Shown piece after piece: positions 57,110 to 64,000 of a DNA stretch of 64,000 nt (within the stretch, counting starts at the first letter, position 1; each line of letters starts with the position of its first letter). The translations under genes were made by a program, and so were the position numbers. The notes below the pieces were generated by a model. It was not told where the DNA came from. It saw nothing but the letters and a program-made list of their open reading frames with translations, and did not search any database. Origin of the DNA: Marsupella aquatica (Eukaryota; Plantae; Marchantiophyta); contig OZ316896.1 in assembly GCA_973895155.1 (NCBI GenBank), positions 7,957,539 through 8,021,538 of the forward strand, read 5' to 3'.

Positions 57110-58520
57110 TTTGTTTTTTTGTTTTTTTAAAATTTATTTTAAATAAAATAAAATAAAACCCGCAAAACCCTACGGGAAAGGGGGCCAAACAGGCAGCATA
57201 GGAGCCCACGCTGAGCAGACGGGTGACAAAAGACCAACTAAAACCTAGAGAGCGCATACCAAAGAAACCCCGGGCAAGGAGCCACAGGGTGAGAAGGCCA
57301 GAAGGTATCAGCAACCATGCTAAGCCCTAGATACCGATTCTATCTAATGCATCCCACTAGTGAGGCACAAAAAGTCTAAGTCTAGTGGGCTAGGACTGAA
57401 GTAGGAGTCAGGAGGAAGAGGAGAACCGAGCCTCCGCCCGGGGGGCCCAGTTCAAGCGTTCCTTAATAATTTCCTCCTTGATCCGCAGCAACCGTGTGCG
57501 CCTATTGCAGGGGCCTAAATCCTCACACAGTCCATGGAGTTGATCAATGACCTCCGTAAATATCTTCAACAGGTCAAAACATCTGCTTCTGCCATTATTG
57601 AATACACTGTCATTCCAAGCAAGCCAAATGTGCCAGAGTACTTGATACGCCATGAAAACGAGATCAGTGAACGAGCTAGGCTGTGGCCCTGAAATGCCTC
57701 CATTAGAACTCTCAGATCAACTGCTGGCCAAGTGATCAAATCTGGAAAAGTCCTGGCAACCAAATCCCAACCTTTGGCAGCAAGCTTGCATGTAAAGAAA
57801 ATGTGGGGTATACTCTCAGGAGCATTACGGCACAGACCACAAGTACCATCACTCTTACCCATCCGCAAAGCCCGTATGTTAGTGAAGAGCCCTTGTGCAA
57901 TCACTCTCCAGAGAAATGTGCGAGACTTCATGGGGAGATCAGACGCCCATAGTGAGTGCCAAAGTTTACTCCATTCCAGATCAGAGAGATGAAGCGATCA
58001 GATTCTGTTGAGCCTAGTAAAGTCATAACCTTTCGTGCGCAGGAGTTGGTATGCTCTAGCATTAGGCAGTGCAAATTTGCTCATTCTCTCCTTTTTGTCC
58101 GCCCAGATCTAGCATGTTGCTGAAGAACCAGTCTCTTTGTCATCCGAGATCCTTCTGATTCTTCTCACAAAGGAAATGCACAGCGCCTCCAATTCTGGGT
58201 CCAAACCTCTGATCTTGTTGAGCTTGTGTCGGGCAAATTCCGGAGTGTTGCCACCCCAGCGTCTGAGGTCAGAGACCTTTCTCAAACCTATTCGTCCGCA
58301 AGTCCGGATCAGCCTACCTTTCATGTCTTCTGGAAGATCCTGGAACCCTTCGAGACACCTGACAATATCATCAATGCTCCACCAAGCGGCCACAGCAGCA
58401 CCAGCAGGCGAAAATAACAAGTGAGTACGAAGTGCTTCCCAGTCTTAAAAATATTGTAAGGTAACAAATGGTTTGCCCATAATGCTGATGCGAACCAGGT
58501 TGGTGTGCGCAATCCAGACT
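57110..58520 (-). mobile_element. Second L1-type LINE 3' remnant
   Basis: RTFLWRVI...CGLC...ESIPHIFFTC...LWHIWLAWN in 57408-57931; T-rich tail at 57110-57128. Confidence 0.82.
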
Positions 58521-58633
58521 TAGGAAATTCTAATCATTCTCACTTATCCAAGTTGGATGCCAGCCCTTGCAATCGAGTAAGCTAGTCAACTCCAAACGTG
58601 TCTAACCCATTGTTCTCTCCTCGGGGTACCACC

Positions 58634-58830
58634 CTCGGGGGTTTCACTTCCACAAAAATGGCATATCACATGCGACAAAGGATAGGGTCATTTTATTGGT
58701 TCTAAGGGAAGAATATTCCAACCGTATAGGGGTTAAAAAATTAAAAAAAATCTTACATTTAAAGGGGTCCGAGACCTAATTAAAAACATCGCAGGTGATG
58801 GGGATGTCCCCATATAGTGAGACCACCAAG
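58634..58830. mobile_element. Second, internally shorter MITE copy in opposite orientation
   Basis: CTCGGGGGTTTCACTTCCACAAAAATGGCATATCAC...TATAGTGAGACCACCAAG matches the reverse complement of 54643-54940; flanks GTACCACC / GGACCGCC. Confidence 0.85.
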
Positions 58831-60007
58831 GGACCGCCCTTTAGTTCAAACAAACTTGTTTCTCTCCTTGGAGTACCACCCTTTAGTTCAAACAAATCTG
58901 GTCACAAATGTGAAACAAACACTTTTAACTTTCACTAGCAAAAAGCAAATTGGCCGCCCAACAATCTCTAGCACCCACACAGTTAGACTTTAAACAAGAA
59001 GCCTTAAATGATGAGTAACAAGCCCATACTTTAGAAACTCTAGCCAAAAAATCAGAAAAACAACAAAAAAGGTCAAAAAAGTGCCAAAATTAGCACCTAT
59101 TTTAGAACAAAATATGGAGCGAACAAAATATGACATAAACTAGCTATGTTTTGACAGCCTAAAAATGACCAAATTCATCTGAAGTTACATTCCACCAATA
59201 AATGACCTCAAATAACACACTATTATCTACAATGGTCTCACAATTACACGAGCTGTCTCTTGAACTGACAACTAAATCACCTCCAAAAGCCATTGTCATT
59301 TTAAAACCAGAAAATAAACTACTACAACTTAGCCTGATACACATTATTGTGAAAAGAAGACAAGGAGGATAGAAATGACACCATCTAATTGAATTGAAAC
59401 ACAACCCACTAAGAAAATATTAAACTATAAATTTCTCAAGAAACTTTAACCATGAATTCATGAATAAGTGGTAAAGGCATTTTGAAAATTTGACAAATTT
59501 CAAGTTATCCATGTTTTTCAATGGTAATGTCACAAACAATAACTACTTATCATTACTCAGATCCAGAAGTCCTCAATTCTTGAAACGAAATATCCCTAGA
59601 TTTATCTCCTAGCGGGGTTCTAGCTGATCCAGTCTCTTGTTCTTGCTCTTTCTCTTCTGCCAAAACTTCAGTCAATCGGATTTTGATTCAATCTACTATC
59701 TTTTTGTACAATGTATCAGATTTTGTCAACATGAAGTTGTAAGCAAAAACAGTCGTTGAAGATAAATCAAGCTCTTGGTGAAACCATATTAACCCCAATT
59801 TAAGGAATACTGAAGTATTAGATTAATTCCAATTTTATCTAAATATTATTAGTTAATGAATGATCAACCTCTTTAACATTTGGTGGGATAGTCAAAAACT
59901 TCAAATGTTTTGTTGCAAGATCTTTATAACAATGCATCACTAAATGACATCAAGTACCTCTTGATCCATGCACAAATCCTTAATTAAATTGTCATTCATT
60001 GTTTCAA

Positions 60008-60584
60008 TTGTCTATTTAATTATTATAGGGTTGAATACAAAAAAGATTGACACGCACCAGGGTGCGTGACCTACAATCATAGTAAGTACCACCCTTTAAT
60101 TAGTTAGTTTCTTTACAACAATTAATAGGATTGTTGTATATTACAATGTCTACTGGACATTCATTTGAATGTCAATAATATCATGCCTTAATATCACCAA
60201 ACTAAGGCCCCACTAACTAATATTATATCTTAAATAAACTAACCAACTAACTAACTTGTCTATTTAATTACTATAGGGTTGAATACAAAAAAGATTGACA
60301 CGCACCAGGGTCCGTGACCTACAATCATAGTATCACCCTTTAATTAGTTAGTTTCTATTGCTTTGACTCAATCAGGCATGGAACCATATAAAATCAGAAA
60401 TCATTGAAAGTTGAGTTCACTTGAAGGTGTAACTATAATTATTATTTATTAATAGGATTGTTGTATATTACAATGTCTACTGGACATTCATTTGAATGTC
60501 AATAATATCATGCCTTAATATCACCAAACTAAGGCCCCACTAACTAATATTATATCTTAAATAAACTAACCAACTAACTAACTT
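60008..60584. repeat. Interleaved direct duplications (A-B-A-spacer-B)
   Basis: A at ~60008-60111 and ~60256-60356; B at 60121-60257 and 60448-60584. Confidence 0.85.
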
Positions 60585-60678
60585 AGACAATAAGACTTGT
60601 CTAAACTTGAGTTCTCTGGCTACTACTATTCTGAGTTGCCTTTTAAACTGTATGCTAAACTACATGCTTCATTACTGT

Positions 60679-63600
60679 CTAGGATTTGTCACTTGCTATG
60701 CATGTCAAGAGATAGTCTCTTGCCTTGGCAGCAACATTCTTTGGAATTCCTACTAGCCCTGTCACTGGTCCTTTGCGTGCTTTGAAACACCACAAGGCAG
60801 AGGAAACATCTATTGTCTCAGCTTCCTTGTATATTGGAGCTGGATCACATTCCCATTTCTTATCCCAAGAATCTGCCCACCACTCTCTTGACTGCCAGTC
60901 TGATTGACCACGTTGCTTCTTTGCCATAAATGGTCTAAACCACTCAACGCCACATACATGAGTAAGAAGGTTTTGTTCATTCACTGGTCCTTCTACCACA
61001 TCTGTAGCAACTAACCCCATATGGACGGGATAAACATCTAGGTCTGAGTCGTCCAGTTGTACCAACACATAACAGCCCTTCACAACATCAACCCTAGGGT
61101 TAAAACTCTCAGGAGGTTTATCTTTTGCTGGTCCCACATAATCCACTGTTGCCTCCAACTCACATGCCACATTTTGATATTCTGGTGGAACGTGCTCTCT
61201 CCATATTGATAAAGGCCAAAACCCGTATTCCAAGTTGTGTGCACCTTCAGGTTCATATTGCACCTGCTCACCCTGTAGAGTATCTACAATGTCATTCCAA
61301 TAATTGATGAGAGTTGTCCAACGTCGCTTTGGTTCTTCCTCTTTTGTTCGCTTTAGAATAAACTCAAAGAATGACACATGCTTCTTCAACCCTGTCAGCA
61401 CTTCAGGAAGCATTTTCAACTCCATCATTGGTAGCCGTTTGGGCACCCCAATTGGGATGTGAGGACTTTTGTCATCTTTCCATGACCACATTTCAATACC
61501 TTCCTTGGGTAACCATCCTTGATCAGTTGATTTCATTTTGTATTGGAAGCATGGCATACTATCATGACGAACATAGAACCTAAACAGCCTGGGTTTTAAA
61601 TGCCCCACCAATGCCTCAAGGCCCTTCAACATGAATGGAGCTAAGTAGTTTTTGAAATCTGGGACCTCCTGTAGAAAATGTGGGACTGCATTGGGTGTCC
61701 TTGCTCTCATGAACAAGGACATTAACTCAGGCAATGAGTATGTGGGGTTATGCATCATAGACTCTGAAAAATGCCCGAACATACCGTCAACGTCCTCACG
61801 AGTATGCCCAACCACCATAAAACCAAGATGAACCTCTTCAAACACCTCCCTTGTCGTCAACAATGACAAATAAGCCATCATATATTTGTTCTTGTTGTCT
61901 GAGGCACAATTATCCAGTTGTAGCTTCAACACTCGTGGAAGGGGCCTGAACTTTGGTGCCTCAGGTGCTGCATCACAATGTAACAATCTCAGAATGCTTT
62001 TAAATAAAACCCTAGTCAGACCCTAAACCCCAATTTAGGGTTTAGGGTTTAAACCCTATTAATGAAACCTTGGCTAGGAGGAGCAACAACTACACAAAGT
62101 AGAGTGTCAGTGTGTGTGAGCTTATATTATTAAATAATAATAAATTAAAGGATTGTGAGTAAAGTACCTAAGCTTGAGATGTAGGCAATGTCAGCTTATA
62201 TTATTAAATAATAATAAATTAAAGGATTGTGAGTAAAGTACCTAGGCTTGAGATGTAGGCAATGTCATCCTCAAATGCTCTAAGGACACTTGCCTCCAAG
62301 ATATCTTTTCTCCCAAAAAGGAGGTCTTTAAAAAGACTTGTCGAGTCTGGCCCCTCCACAAGTGATTTGATCATTGGATTTGGGTTTTCCAACATCCTTA
62401 GTATTGAATCAATTGACCCAATAGTGATGTTGACATCACCTGGCCACACTCCAACATGATATTGGGCTAGGGCCTTGGGACCATGACCATGAGTAAGGAT
62501 ACCAGTGACAGTAATTGGGAACTTTTGGGCACCATCCACATGCTTAGGATTGAAGGGCATTCTTGGGAGAGCTGTCTTTGAATGATCCATTTTATCATGA
62601 ATAAGGCATAACACTTTCTTTGGACGATGGATGGACTCATATCTCCAGGTATGATAGCACATTCTTTGCTGTGTGTGGTCTTGGTGATGTTCCTCCTCGT
62701 CATGCCTTAGGCCCTCTACTCTTCCTTAGCTCCTGTAAGGTTTGCTTTCCGTTGAAGCAACTCACTACAAGTTGTACACTTTGAAAATTTGTTGCCCTTT
62801 TTGTGACGCGAGAACTCCCTGAAATACATCTGATGTAGATGACTCAAGGTGGGTTGGGAAATTGGAGGAAGACCAGCCTCCTTGTTGACAACATTAACCC
62901 TGTTTCTAATATTCTCCCAAGTAAGATTTGTTGGCAATTCCCTCAAAACCATTCTTGTATTATTTGCCATGGTTCTCAACTTGGCTGGATGATGATCAGC
63001 TGCCTCCTCAATAATCTCTTTCATTGACATGAACGCTTGAGATACTTTCTCGGACATACGCCTTTTTCCAGCATTACCATGGGTACCTATGTTCATTCCA
63101 GCCATCACAGTCTTCTTCAAGGCATAAAATTGAGTCTTTCCTCTTGAATGAATGATTCTCCATGCCTCCAAGCACAATACTTTGCCCTCCACTGCTAGAA
63201 TCCTTTCTCCAGTACCCAAGTGTATTGTATTTTTAATAGCCTTGATTTCCTCCTTGCGCTCCGCAAAAGATTTTGACCACCACTTTTGCCTAATTGCCAT
63301 AGCCAAGTTGCGGTCCAAATATTGGCAACAATGTTCACTACAACAGTCCTTAGTGTTTATCAACAACACATCTTGACGTGCCAAAGATGTGTCTCTAATA
63401 GATGTCTGGGAAGATGGACTCTTTCTTTTCCTACTTTTATGGACGTAGGACCGCTTGCCACTTGTTGGAGATGTGTTCCCTCCCACAACTTGCCTGATGT
63501 TGTGGAAAGACAACAAGTTGCCATCCTTGGCAATGAGTTGGTCCATCGACCAAGATTTTAAGCAATCTCTATGCTTCAGATGATCTATGGTAGCTCCCTC

Positions 63601-63867
63601 GATAAAATTGTTGATCAGAATTTCCACATGTGTATTCCCAAGGGTGACATCCCCAAGCTTCACTATAGGATCTAGAACATGTATAGTTGCCACTGCAAAA
63701 ATCAACTTGTTCTCATCCACCACCTTTACAGGCATGCCCATCCACAAGGCCTTTGGTAAAACTACTTCCACACCAGACCGACTCTCATTATGGTTGTTCC
63801 CATCAGAATTTTGATTGACTGGATCTTGATCATCACCAACAGTGCCAAACACATCCTCCGATTCCAT
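60679..63867 (-). pseudogene. Decayed DDE transposase, Sola/DUF7869-like, with a frameshift (~62716) and a probable intron (~61970-62241)
   Basis: CCSEHC and FSKCTTC Cys motifs, IHDKMDHSK, LQLDNCASDNKN and GHTREDVDGMF; family assignment is from motif memory only. Confidence 0.7.
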
Positions 63868-64000
63868 GGGAGCTCGAAAAAGCTAATTCCTTTCCCATAC
63901 AAGGTAACCCCCAATCATGTCCTTCAAAAGTTTGCCATCTTCGCATAGAATGGTCTCGTCAAAAACTTCCTCTAATAGAAGAAGAACTCTGTCCGCCCCA

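Noticed and set aside
62020-62058. Telomeric TTTAGGG repeats
   Set aside because: Only two to three units inside a probable intron; not an interstitial telomere array.

Overview
Eukaryotic, apparently plant, heterochromatin-like window; the element types suggest a bryophyte or liverwort, which is inference only. It consists almost entirely of nested transposable elements and contains no recognisable host gene. The dominant component is a non-chromovirus Ty3/gypsy family with giant (~4.6 kb) LTRs, each carrying a ~1200-aa sense ORF. The window holds one complete element (40511-56298, TSD GTTCT), one solo LTR with an intact 1207-aa ORF (33681-38340, TSD AGACA), one truncated element and three partial LTRs. 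Its gag-pro/pol junction has a candidate -1 frameshift signal (G GAT TTT plus pseudoknot). Also present are a complete Ty1/copia element (17793-24358, TSD GGCAT), the 3' half of a second gypsy family with an extra ORF between two polypurine tracts, other solo or degenerate LTRs, two L1-type LINE remnants, two copies of a MITE and a decayed Sola/DUF7869-like DDE transposase. An unclassified ~6.7 kb unit (about 16350-30870 after removing nested insertions) carries four copies of a ~150-nt multi-hairpin motif with clear compensatory base changes, a candidate new structured RNA. All analysis was by eye; no searches were run.
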